Origin: Bdellovibrionales bacterium
GTDB lineage: Bacteria > Bdellovibrionota > Bdellovibrionia > Bdellovibrionales > DASUEL01
Assembly (NCBI GenBank): GCA_050250255.1
Contig: JBFWOZ010000016.1
Span: 1 to 57,201, forward strand
DNA: 57,201 bases
Reading direction: 5' to 3'
This document shows, piece after piece, positions 45,987 to 55,206 of the stretch. The notes beneath the pieces were generated by a model, which ran no database searches, was not told the origin of the DNA, and saw only the letters and a list, made by a program, of their open reading frames with translations. The number at the start of each line of letters is the position of its first letter. Position 1 is the first letter of the stretch. Position numbers and translations under genes: made by a program.

Positions 45987-46835
45987 ATGGAGCGTCGATT
46001 GAGTATTAAAAAAGTATTAGCATTAAGTGCGTTTTTTATTCTGACCGCTTCTTGCGCCAATATTTTTTCGGAGTCTGCAGATAAAAACACGGACCCCGTA
46101 AGACTTTTTGAAGCACGCAAAAAAATCGATGCTGGTGATTGGACAGGGGCAATCAATCAAATCACCGGCATGACAACCGCTTACCAGCAACAGCGTCATG
46201 TGCGAACACTTCTTGCGTCTGCCTATGCAGGCCGATGCGGACTTGATGTTTTAACCATTATTAAAAATCTCCAAACAGGCGGAACTTCTTTCTTGCAAAT
46301 TTTGATGCGCGCTTTCGTGGGAGCGACGGCTTCAAAAGTGGCGGATTGTCGGCTCGCAGAAGACACGATCAACGCGATTTCTGACAATGCGGGTTTGCGC
46401 CTCACCGACGAAAATCTACTCATGACTTTTTTAAGTTTTGGAAAAGTCGGAGCTATCTTAGCCGCCAGTGCCGATACGGATGCTGATGGCAACGTGGATG
46501 CTGGGTACAATCCGTGTACGGCACTGAGTAATACCGAAGCTGCGGAAATCGTTACTGGTCTTGCAAACGCGGTGATTAGTATCGGCGTGGCGGGATCGGA
46601 TATCGGTGGTGAGCAAGTTGAGGATCTCACAGAAGTTTGTGATGCTGCTGCTGATCAGGGTGTAGCAATCTGTGAGCTTACCGATACAAGCGAAGTGGAC
46701 ACGGCCCAGGAAAGACAATTGATTCGCGGACTCGTTCATGAAGGACAAGACGGCATAGGTTTGGGTACGTGTTCTACCACGCCCGATGATACGATTACTT
46801 GCGCGGATCTTTTAGGAGCGGGCTGCGGAAGCTAG
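45987..46835 (+). CDS. Cys-rich lipoprotein with TPR-like N-terminal helices
   Basis: GGGAG RBS, lipobox TASC, LFEARKKIDAGDWTGAI and LLASAYAGRCG segments, and a DTDADGNVD Ca-binding-like loop. Confidence 0.8.
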   Translation: MERRLSIKKVLALSAFFILTASCANIFSESADKNTDPVRLFEARKKIDAGDWTGAINQITGMTTAYQQQRHVRTLLASAYAGRCGLDVLTIIKNLQTGGTSFLQILMRAFVGATASKVADCRLAEDTINAISDNAGLRLTDENLLMTFLSFGKVGAILAASADTDADGNVDAGYNPCTALSNTEAAEIVTGLANAVISIGVAGSDIGGEQVEDLTEVCDAAADQGVAICELTDTSEVDTAQERQLIRGLVHEGQDGIGLGTCSTTPDDTITCADLLGAGCGS

Positions 46836-47966
46836 ATGAAAATTTTGTTTTTCGTTCTCCTCATTATTTGTTCTTGGCAACTTCAGGCAGAGGAGCTTCC
46901 TGAACAAAACGTGAGTGTGCGCGCTCTCGGAATGGGGAACGCGTACTCGGCGGTGGTGGATAGTCACGAGTCTCTCTTTTATAACCCAGCAGGATTGGCA
47001 CGCGTAAGGGGCATTAATCTCACTCTTTTCAACTTGCGCATCGGCGCTGACGGAAAAGATGTTTATGACACTTATAAGAGCGGGCAGAACACCGAAAACT
47101 ATGCGGACACACTTCGCCAATTCTATGGAAAAAATCTTTGGATTGGCGCGGGAGCCAAAGGAGCCTTGACGGTTCCTGGTTTCGGGTTTGCGGCCTATGA
47201 TTCGGCAGAGGTTGCGGCGTATTTGAGTAACCCGGCTTTTCCAAATTTAAACTTTCGTTATACCAATGACTTTGGGCTCGCGACGGGAATCGCTTTTGAT
47301 ATTTTACCAACTGTACATTTCGGTATAACGGGGCAGAGAATCACACGTACGGGAGCAAAGCTTCCAATCGGAATTAGCACTCTTGGGACTTTAAGTAATC
47401 AAGCGCTCCTTGACCAGATATCAAATAGTGGATCGGGTTACTCAGCATCGGCAGGATTGTTACTCGGTTTACCTACACCGGCGTTTCCACGATTGTCGCT
47501 TGTCTGGAAAAATATTGGGCAGACCACATTCACGAAAGACTCAGGTTCACGCGCACCACCTCCTTTAGATCCTGAAGTCGTGATAGGTGCGGCGTTTGAT
47601 ATTTCAGTTCCACTCATTACAATCACGCCCTCGTTTGATTACAAGCACATCACCAATACGAACGAAGTCGCCCAAAAGAAAATTCACATGGGGCTAGAAG
47701 TGGCGCTCCCTCTCGTGTCGGTACGGGGTGGATTACATCAGGGTTATTACACGGCAGGTGCCGGCGTGAACCTAGGAATCCTCAAAGCCGACGCGGCCAC
47801 TTACGGCGTCGAGCTTGGAGAATACCCCGGCCAAAAAGAAGATCGTCGTTACGTGGTAGAGCTCACTATCGAACTTGGCTTCGACCCTAGCTTCGGTTTC
47901 CTCAAAGCACTCAGCGGCGCCAGCTCCTCAAGCGGCTCTTCCCGCGGCCTCAAGCAACGCCGCTAA
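46836..47966 (+). CDS. Outer-membrane beta-barrel with N-terminal hatch (FadL/PorV/TraF-like), paralog B
   Basis: Signal peptide and VRALGMGNAYSAVVDSHESLFYNPAGLA. Shares RGG..Q.Y.TAG and ATYG.E.G......EDRRY with paralog A. Confidence 0.75.
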   Translation: MKILFFVLLIICSWQLQAEELPEQNVSVRALGMGNAYSAVVDSHESLFYNPAGLARVRGINLTLFNLRIGADGKDVYDTYKSGQNTENYADTLRQFYGKNLWIGAGAKGALTVPGFGFAAYDSAEVAAYLSNPAFPNLNFRYTNDFGLATGIAFDILPTVHFGITGQRITRTGAKLPIGISTLGTLSNQALLDQISNSGSGYSASAGLLLGLPTPAFPRLSLVWKNIGQTTFTKDSGSRAPPPLDPEVVIGAAFDISVPLITITPSFDYKHITNTNEVAQKKIHMGLEVALPLVSVRGGLHQGYYTAGAGVNLGILKADAATYGVELGEYPGQKEDRRYVVELTIELGFDPSFGFLKALSGASSSSGSSRGLKQRR

Positions 47967-48756
47967 AGGTGCGCCGCTCCTTTTGGTAGCAATAGTGCGT
48001 TAACTTCTTTTATTTTCTAAATAGTGAGGTTTTCTACTTTCTCTATCTATCGGAAGTGTAAATACTTTTCTGCGCAGTGCTTTGCGTATTATCTCTTTGT
48101 CTTGATCTCGATATTTCGTATCAAGCCATTTCAGAGTATCCTCAACGTTACTAAATAAAACGTCATCTCGTTTTATCGGAAAAGGCAGTGTATTTAGCCC
48201 CATAAGTCTATTCAGAGAAGAATATGGATAGGTGAGAACACTGTCAGATAGGCCGGCCTCCACTGGATTACGATAAACATATTTGTATGCATGCATGTAA
48301 TATTGAGGGCTGGTGAGAAGGCTTGCTTTATATGGTCCACCAAAGGTTTGATTAATTCTACAGGAATCATTAGTAATTTGGCGACTGACGTTGGTGGTAA
48401 AATAGAGCATTCCGTCGCTTAGATTGCTTTTTGGTGTGCTGACGATCATATGATAGTGATTCGACATCAGTACAAACGCATGAATATCTATCTGAAATCC
48501 ACGGTACAAGAAAAACAGCTGGTTTGAGAAGATATCCCAGACTTGTTCAATTGGTAATCGGAACCAATCTTTATTAATGCAACGAGCGCGCACATGGTAA
48601 GGGAAAGCATTAGTGTTAATTCGTGGAGTTCTTGGCATGCGTTGGCTGTGTGCAAATGAGGAACTTTACTGATATAAATTAAAGTTAATGAGGAATACAA
48701 AAGAATCGAAAGCCGGATTGACGCATTATTGCTACCAAAAGGAGCGGCGCACCTTT
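47965..48756. mobile_element. RAYT cassette bounded by inverted REP-like repeats
   Basis: 39-bp inverted arms (47965-48003 / 48718-48756, 2 mismatches) enclosing a visibly AT-rich transposase gene oriented opposite to its neighbours. Confidence 0.85.
48000..48638 (-). CDS. rayT: REP-associated tyrosine transposase (Y1 HUH, RAYT/TnpA-REP)
   Basis: MPR start, YHVRAR, HUH motif VLMSNHYH, catalytic Tyr region YVYRNPVEAGL and YPYSS. Confidence 0.88.
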   Translation of the reverse strand: MPRTPRINTNAFPYHVRARCINKDWFRLPIEQVWDIFSNQLFFLYRGFQIDIHAFVLMSNHYHMIVSTPKSNLSDGMLYFTTNVSRQITNDSCRINQTFGGPYKASLLTSPQYYMHAYKYVYRNPVEAGLSDSVLTYPYSSLNRLMGLNTLPFPIKRDDVLFSNVEDTLKWLDTKYRDQDKEIIRKALRRKVFTLPIDRESRKPHYLENKRS

Positions 48757-48757
48757 T

Positions 48758-51508
48758 ATGATTGAAGTGGTGGAATTAGGGAAGCCGGCGGATCGCTGGG
48801 CTCTCCTTGAAAAATTTGATCCGCTCACACAGACTTGGATCGTTCCCGATCTGAAAGCTAAGCAGTATCTGCAGAAATATTTGTCGCAGAAGTTCACCTG
48901 CTTTCCTGAAGAGAGCGTCTTACGCGCGAGTGAGTTTTGGCGGAAGCTTTTCGCGAGATCCAATCCCGAATTTCGCTTCATCAGTCCTGATCTTGCGGAG
49001 ACCATGGCTGCACATTGGTTCGAAGAGCGCGACGAATGGGTTCGCACTCCCACGGCGGCGCGTACTGCGCTTTTTTACATGAATCAACTCATTCCGGTTT
49101 TCTCTTATTCACAAGGTCCACAATCTCTTGTTGAATGGTTCAAGGCCAACCCCGAAGCCGAGCAACGTTGGTCCCACTGGTTCGTTGAGGCTTATTATCT
49201 CTGGTCAAGATTCCAAAAAGAAAAAATGATTTCGGCCGGTTGGTCGAGCGGTATGCTTTTACAACTCATCGATACGGAACATTTCTCTCGTGAGCTGGCG
49301 CATTCGGAGCGCGACATTTTCGTAGATCTCGGCGTTCACGTACAACCTGCCGAAATCGAACTTTTCGCGAGATTCTCGAAAATCAGCCCCATTCACCTGC
49401 TTCGCCCTAATCCTGATTGGGCGAGTGAATACCATAAAATGTTTCATGCCTACCAGTTTATGGAGCTTCACGGCGCAACAATCAAACCTCATGTCCCAGC
49501 CGCTAAAAAACCGCCTCAAGTGATTTACAAAAAAATGACCACTCAACTTGCCGAAACCAAAGAAGCCGTCGCGCAAGTCAGAGAGTGGATCGACCAAAAA
49601 ATCTCTCCAGACAAAATCGCTATTCTTGCAAGCGACCTCAGGAATTATTGGCAACCACTCAGTTGGTATCTCAAAGAAGAGGGCGTTCCTTTTTCGCAAA
49701 ATACTCGCGTGAGTGTCGCTTCTTTTATTGATGTCATGAGTTGGCTTGCGCTGATGAGAGTGCACATGGGCTCTTGGCGAAGTGCGGACTTACAAGCAAG
49801 TCTCTTTGGTTCCAATTCTCCTGATCTGATTTCTTTTGAGCGCTTTCAGCATCTTTACGAAATGATTTACGACAACGAAGATCTCAGCCGTTCGGACGTC
49901 GTTGCGAAATTTATGGAATCGCAAAAGGCTGATTCCAATACCATTTTTTCTCGTGATGATTTTGTAAAGTGGACTCTCTTCCGGTGGAAGTCGAACCAAA
50001 CGGAGAGACTCGCTAAAATTCTCCAACGTTTTTTGCAAGATGCTCCCGTCGACCTTTCTTTTAAGCTTTCTGTTTGGCATAAATATTTAGAGAGAGTCAT
50101 TCAAAGATCCGAAGTTGAAGTCGAAGAGCCGAGCCTTTCAGGTGTTATCTGTTCGGAGCTTCACTCGGCAGAACATCTCGACTACACCCATGCGGTGATT
50201 TTGGGCCTTAATGAATCCGCACTTAAAAAAACCTCTAAACTCGGAATTGTTTTTCGAGACATTTACGATATCGAAAAGTCCTTAGGCTTCAATTTACCAG
50301 ATGCGGAAGATCGTAAGCTCGAGTTTGAACTTCGTTGGATTTTTGAAGATCAAAAAAACTACCTCGCCCTCAATTCGGTCTCTGATTTTGAAGGTCGCAT
50401 TGAATCGGCTTCCACTCTTTGGATTCAAGGAGCTCACAAGCAGGGCGTAAAATTAGATCAAGTTCTTCCTCCACGTGAAACCAGATGGGACACCATTCAC
50501 GCTGCCTCGAAAGATCAATGGCATGAGCTTCGTGGCTGGAATAAAAAACATGGAGAAAAGCTCCAACAATCTCTCAAAACAGATTTAGGACTTTTGCCTC
50601 CCGAAACCCTTACCCATGTCCCTCTGAAGCATGTTTCCGCTTCTACGATTGAAAGTTACATCAAATGTCCTTTCATCTTTGCTTCGAAAAAACTTTTCCG
50701 TTTAGAAGATCGGCCATCTCTTGATCTCGAACTAGATCCGCTGAATGCCGGCAGCCTTTCCCATAAAGTTCTCGAAAAATTACTCCAGCAAGGTGTGAAT
50801 AAAAGTTGGAGTGATGAAGATCTTGATCTGCTTATCGAAGGTTCCCTTAACGAATGTAAAATCACACTAGCGGATCCAAAAATCTGGAAGGGCCTTAAGC
50901 GCAAATACCTTAATCTTTCCAGAAGATTTATCCAGTTTGAAAAAGATTGGAAAATTCAATTCCCTCTCACTAAGAATTTGGGTTGTGAAGTGAAGTTTTC
51001 AGGATTTATTGATCCGGTAACGGGCCGTCTTACCAAAGAACCCACGTCGCTTCCTTTTATGGGGTCTATCGATCGTCTTGATACGGACGGAACTAATAAC
51101 GTCATTCTCATCGATTACAAACCTTCAAAAAATGAAAACTTAGTTCACCATCCTAAGTGGACCGTCAAAGGTACTCTACAGCTCGGCCTCTATGCAGCTG
51201 CTTTGGAAGCGGGACTCGTAAACGAAAAACCTCTTTCTGTTTCTGGAGCTGTTTATTATTTCTTAAAAGATTTTAAGCGCCATGTGGGTTTTTTAGTTGA
51301 AGAAGAACAAGGCAAACTTTTTGAGACCAGCAGTTTTAATAAAATTCTGGAATCCGATAAAAAGAACTTACTTCTTAATGTGGAACAGGCGGCGGCAGCA
51401 TCTCTACAAGGAATTTTGAGTGGAAAAATTCCTGCGACTCCTCAGGATCCTAATCTTTGCGAGAACTGTCGTTGGAACACGCTTTGTCGGGGAGTTCATT
51501 TATTATGA
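48758..51508 (+). CDS. addB: AddB/RexB-like helicase-nuclease subunit (PD-(D/E)XK, Fe-S)
   Basis: SASTIESYIKCPF, GSIDRLD, IDYK, LQLGLYA and C-terminal CENCRWNTLCR. Overlaps addA (ATGA). Confidence 0.85.
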   Translation: MIEVVELGKPADRWALLEKFDPLTQTWIVPDLKAKQYLQKYLSQKFTCFPEESVLRASEFWRKLFARSNPEFRFISPDLAETMAAHWFEERDEWVRTPTAARTALFYMNQLIPVFSYSQGPQSLVEWFKANPEAEQRWSHWFVEAYYLWSRFQKEKMISAGWSSGMLLQLIDTEHFSRELAHSERDIFVDLGVHVQPAEIELFARFSKISPIHLLRPNPDWASEYHKMFHAYQFMELHGATIKPHVPAAKKPPQVIYKKMTTQLAETKEAVAQVREWIDQKISPDKIAILASDLRNYWQPLSWYLKEEGVPFSQNTRVSVASFIDVMSWLALMRVHMGSWRSADLQASLFGSNSPDLISFERFQHLYEMIYDNEDLSRSDVVAKFMESQKADSNTIFSRDDFVKWTLFRWKSNQTERLAKILQRFLQDAPVDLSFKLSVWHKYLERVIQRSEVEVEEPSLSGVICSELHSAEHLDYTHAVILGLNESALKKTSKLGIVFRDIYDIEKSLGFNLPDAEDRKLEFELRWIFEDQKNYLALNSVSDFEGRIESASTLWIQGAHKQGVKLDQVLPPRETRWDTIHAASKDQWHELRGWNKKHGEKLQQSLKTDLGLLPPETLTHVPLKHVSASTIESYIKCPFIFASKKLFRLEDRPSLDLELDPLNAGSLSHKVLEKLLQQGVNKSWSDEDLDLLIEGSLNECKITLADPKIWKGLKRKYLNLSRRFIQFEKDWKIQFPLTKNLGCEVKFSGFIDPVTGRLTKEPTSLPFMGSIDRLDTDGTNNVILIDYKPSKNENLVHHPKWTVKGTLQLGLYAAALEAGLVNEKPLSVSGAVYYFLKDFKRHVGFLVEEEQGKLFETSSFNKILESDKKNLLLNVEQAAAASLQGILSGKIPATPQDPNLCENCRWNTLCRGVHLL

Positions 51509-54500
51509 GTTCCTTCCAATACAAAAATATTCTTTATAAAGCGGGGGCCGGAGCAGGGAAAACCACCCAGCTCACGCAATTTATTACGGAGTCGGCCCTT
51601 GAGTTTAAAAAAGATCAGGAGCGTTTTCCAAAGCTTGTGGTCACGACGTTTACCAGAAAAGCCACGCAAGAACTCAAAGAACGACTGATGGCCAAAGCGA
51701 TTGAAGCCGAAAATTTTGAACTCACTCAATACTTCTCAAGCTCTCATCAGATTTTTATTTCCACAATCCACGGAGTTCTCCACCTCTTTTTGAATCGTTT
51801 TGGATTTCGTTTGGGCTTAGATCCTGCGTTACAAATTTTAGATGCGGTTGAGCTTCACCGAGTAGGGCGTAAAACTCTCAAGCATCTTTTTGCCTCAGAA
51901 CCTCGCTATGTTTCGCTCCTTGATTTTTTTACGCTGAACCAACTTCTGGAAACTTTGACGATTTATGCGCGCGAAAAGGCAATGAGGCCCGATCTTAAAC
52001 CATACTTGAAAAAAGAGATCGAACGAGCCTTTCAAGAAAAACTGCAATCTTTGGCTCAGGATCTCAAAGCGCTACAATCCCAGATTCTTTCTGAAACTTC
52101 TCATGAGTCCTGGATGGAATATGCACGGTGGCTCGAGCAAATTTCTTCCAGCTATTTTAAAAAATGGGATTACGCTTCGTTTCGCGATTCTTTTGAGGCC
52201 AAACGAAAACCTTCTAATAGCAAAAAAAATCCTGCGGTGACTGAGGAGCTCTCTGATCGTGTGACCGAAATTATGGACGAAGTGAAAGAACTCACAAGCG
52301 AAAAATATGATCCCACTTTTTGGGAAAGCTATGAAGAGGTCGCTCTGCTTTACGAAGAACTCGCGCAAAAATACGTCACTCAGTTTGAGGCGAATAAAAA
52401 ACAACTTGGCGGCATCTCCACCGAAGACCTTGAACTTCTCGCTCTTGAAAGCATTCATAAACACCCAGATATCGCTCAGGCTTTTGCGGCCGAATGGGAT
52501 TATTGGTTGATCGACGAGTATCAAGATACGAGCCCCATTCAGGAAAAAATCATTCATCATTTAAAAGGTGGGAAGCCTGCGTTTGTGGTGGGCGATCCTC
52601 AGCAGAGTATTTATCTTTTTCGGGGCGCTCGTGCTGAGCTTTTTCAAGAAAAACTAAAAAGTTTTGAGAAAGAAAAGGAAGAGATTAAATACCTCACGAC
52701 AAACTATCGTTCCGATCCTCGCTTGGTACGATTCTTCAATGAGTTTTTTGATAAATTTGGAAAACATTTTTCTCCCATGGTTCCTAAAGACCTTTCCGAG
52801 GAACATCAGTTTGGCCAGGTGAAGTTTCTTCAGGCATCAACACCAGAGAAAGAAAAAGAGTCCATCGCATACCAAATTCGGCAGTGGCTCAATGAAGGCG
52901 TTCGTGCAGAGCAGATCTGTGTGCTTGCTAAAACCAATGGAACTCTTCGCGAGATAGCCAAAGAACTCTATTTAAAACAGATTCCTTGTCATCTTCATTC
53001 AAGCCAAGGCTTTTCTAAACGTCGAGAGGTGATCGATGCGATCAGCCTTCTTCAGTTTCTCGTAAATCCTCATGATAATTTGAACCTACTCAGACTCTTG
53101 CGATCACCTTTTTGTCGACTCTCCGATCAAACCTTGGTGGACTTAAATCTGACATCGCCGAGTTCTCTGTGGGCTTATATGCAAGATGCTCAAGATACTG
53201 ACACGCGTGAGATTGTCTCTCATCTCAATCTTGCCCTCGAAGAGTCTGATCGTTTGGGGATTCGTGGAGCCTTCGAAAAGAATTTGGTGCGTTTTGGATA
53301 TTTAGATTTTTCTCAAGACTATGATCCAACGGGACGTCGTGAATCGAATTTGTGGAAACTGCTCAAAAGATTAAGTGCAGCTGAAGCGGACCCTGGGTTT
53401 AATTATTATCACTTTGTGACTCAAATTCTAAAATCCGGTGCCTACGAAGACGATGGGGATGCTACTCCGGCCCTCGAGCCTCAACGCGTGAACCTCATGA
53501 CCATTCATCACTCTAAAGGTTTGCAGTTTTCTCACGTCATTGTTCCGCAGCTTCACAGAAAATCAAGGCCAATGAGCACTCCAGGTTTTGTTTTTAACGA
53601 AGAAGATGGCCGTTGGAGCCTCTCACTTCCGTTAGGGGAAGATAGCAAGCGACAAGCACTTTTTGTTGCGACCCCCGTTCTTCAAGAAATGAAAACTCGA
53701 GATATGAAAGAGCAAGAACGAGTTTTATATGTAGCTCTTACGAGAGCTGTTCATGCAGTGATGCTTTCGTGGGTCGGAGACGGCCCCGCTTCATCGCTCG
53801 CAAGGTTGATTCAATGGGATTTAACTCCAGGCAAGCACGAAAGGGAAGGCTACACTTACGAAGTGATCGATCAAATTGCTGAAACCTCTACAGCTAGTAC
53901 AGAAGCGAATTCGGCTCAGATTCGTAGTCTTGTGAAAACTCAGGTGAGTGCAAGCGACCGACGTATTTCTGTGACACAAGTATTGAATCAAAGCTCCAGA
54001 AAAGAAAACAGAGCTAAAGCTGATACGGATCAAAAATGGATTTTGCAAAAAATCTTAAACTCCGCACAGCGGGGGATCACACTCCATAAACTTTTAGAAA
54101 CTCTAAAGTATACGCAAGGCACAAGTTTCCAAATAGAAGAGCACGTTAAAAACATTCTCGGAGAGTCAGGGCAGGAATTGGCACCTGCAATGGCAAAGAT
54201 GATGAATTTTGTGATGAAGCAGGAGGCGGTGCCGGTAGAAAATTTGATTCATTCCGGTTCCGTCGAATGGGGATTTCTTCTCAAGCACAAGGGATTTCTC
54301 ATTGAAGGACAGATCGATCTTTGGGGTGAACTTAAGGATACGTTGTGGGTGATCGATTACAAATCGGGAACAAGTGACGATTTATCAAAAGCTATGGATC
54401 AACTGAAGATTTATTCTTACGCTCTCAAGCAATGCTTCCCAGAAAGTCAGAATAAAAAAATGATGATGGCTGTGATCTATCCAGCAGAGGAAAAGGTTTT

Positions 54501-54564
54501 TCTAGAAGAAGCGCCTCAGTTGAGCCAAGTAAAGAAAGATTTAGATCGGATGCTAGAGAGTTAG
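51505..54564 (+). CDS. addA: AddA/RexA-like UvrD helicase-nuclease
   Basis: AGAGAGKT, TFTRKAT, DEYQD, VGDPQQSIYLFRGA, TIHHSKGLQF, LYVALTRA and C-terminal GQIDL..VIDYKSG..QL.IY. Start moved to ATG 51505. Confidence 0.9.
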   Translation: MSSFQYKNILYKAGAGAGKTTQLTQFITESALEFKKDQERFPKLVVTTFTRKATQELKERLMAKAIEAENFELTQYFSSSHQIFISTIHGVLHLFLNRFGFRLGLDPALQILDAVELHRVGRKTLKHLFASEPRYVSLLDFFTLNQLLETLTIYAREKAMRPDLKPYLKKEIERAFQEKLQSLAQDLKALQSQILSETSHESWMEYARWLEQISSSYFKKWDYASFRDSFEAKRKPSNSKKNPAVTEELSDRVTEIMDEVKELTSEKYDPTFWESYEEVALLYEELAQKYVTQFEANKKQLGGISTEDLELLALESIHKHPDIAQAFAAEWDYWLIDEYQDTSPIQEKIIHHLKGGKPAFVVGDPQQSIYLFRGARAELFQEKLKSFEKEKEEIKYLTTNYRSDPRLVRFFNEFFDKFGKHFSPMVPKDLSEEHQFGQVKFLQASTPEKEKESIAYQIRQWLNEGVRAEQICVLAKTNGTLREIAKELYLKQIPCHLHSSQGFSKRREVIDAISLLQFLVNPHDNLNLLRLLRSPFCRLSDQTLVDLNLTSPSSLWAYMQDAQDTDTREIVSHLNLALEESDRLGIRGAFEKNLVRFGYLDFSQDYDPTGRRESNLWKLLKRLSAAEADPGFNYYHFVTQILKSGAYEDDGDATPALEPQRVNLMTIHHSKGLQFSHVIVPQLHRKSRPMSTPGFVFNEEDGRWSLSLPLGEDSKRQALFVATPVLQEMKTRDMKEQERVLYVALTRAVHAVMLSWVGDGPASSLARLIQWDLTPGKHEREGYTYEVIDQIAETSTASTEANSAQIRSLVKTQVSASDRRISVTQVLNQSSRKENRAKADTDQKWILQKILNSAQRGITLHKLLETLKYTQGTSFQIEEHVKNILGESGQELAPAMAKMMNFVMKQEAVPVENLIHSGSVEWGFLLKHKGFLIEGQIDLWGELKDTLWVIDYKSGTSDDLSKAMDQLKIYSYALKQCFPESQNKKMMMAVIYPAEEKVFLEEAPQLSQVKKDLDRMLES

Positions 54565-54575
54565 GCTGCCTGCGG

Positions 54576-55118
54576 CTACTCAGCGCCACCACCCCCACCG
54601 CCATCAGGCATACGAATCATAAACCCAAAGCCAATGTACAGAGCGGTCCCAGGATTTAAATTGAATTTCATTTCACTTCGAAACCACATGCTATCACCCA
54701 CGGGAAATTGCATACCGCCTCCGACGTGACCACCACCAACCATGCGTGTGGTGTCTTCTGGCGGACTCGACCATTGGTGAAAATCAAGACCGGCATAGAG
54801 AAGAGCCGTCATGCCTTCGATCGTGATGTCGTAACGATAACTCATGAATCCGTTATAGTAGATGACGCCGTTCGCCCGACTGTTGGCAAAGCTTGCCTCA
54901 AGAAAACCTTTTCTGAAAGCCATGCTGTAGCGAGGGCCCCACATCGGTTGAATTTCTGTCATGCCTTCGACTTGATTGGGTAACAGCGGTCCTACGTGAA
55001 ATCCGATTTCGGAACCACTTGCGACGGTCTCGGCTTGAGGCTCTTGGGCCAAAAGTGGACGCGATGCAAGTAAGCAGGCAGAAAAGACGAGTAAACGAAG
55101 TTGCTGAGTCCTATTCAC
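54576..55118 (-). CDS. Small outer-membrane beta-barrel protein (about 8 strands)
   Basis: Signal peptide, alternating aromatic/Gly strands and a Gly-rich C-terminal tail. Confidence 0.7.
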   Translation of the reverse strand: MNRTQQLRLLVFSACLLASRPLLAQEPQAETVASGSEIGFHVGPLLPNQVEGMTEIQPMWGPRYSMAFRKGFLEASFANSRANGVIYYNGFMSYRYDITIEGMTALLYAGLDFHQWSSPPEDTTRMVGGGHVGGGMQFPVGDSMWFRSEMKFNLNPGTALYIGFGFMIRMPDGGGGGGAE

Positions 55119-55206
55119 GGTTGATTCCTCTGAACACAGTGTATCTCAGGCGCTTTCCTCGAACAATCATTCTTGACCCATTTTCTTTTTCTCTACAGAA
55201 TGAGCC

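Noticed and set aside
43898..47966. TraF-like barrels as evidence of a conjugative element
   Set aside because: No relaxase, VirB4/TraC, coupling protein or integrase. The neighbours are core genes (glmS, addAB).
10666..48756. Palindromic repeats as a CRISPR array
   Set aside because: Copies are inverted pairs dispersed over kilobases, not direct repeats with spacers, and there are no cas genes.
48758..54564. PD-(D/E)XK Fe-S nuclease plus helicase as Cas4 or a defence system
   Set aside because: Sizes, domain order and the ATGA overlap fit housekeeping AddAB.
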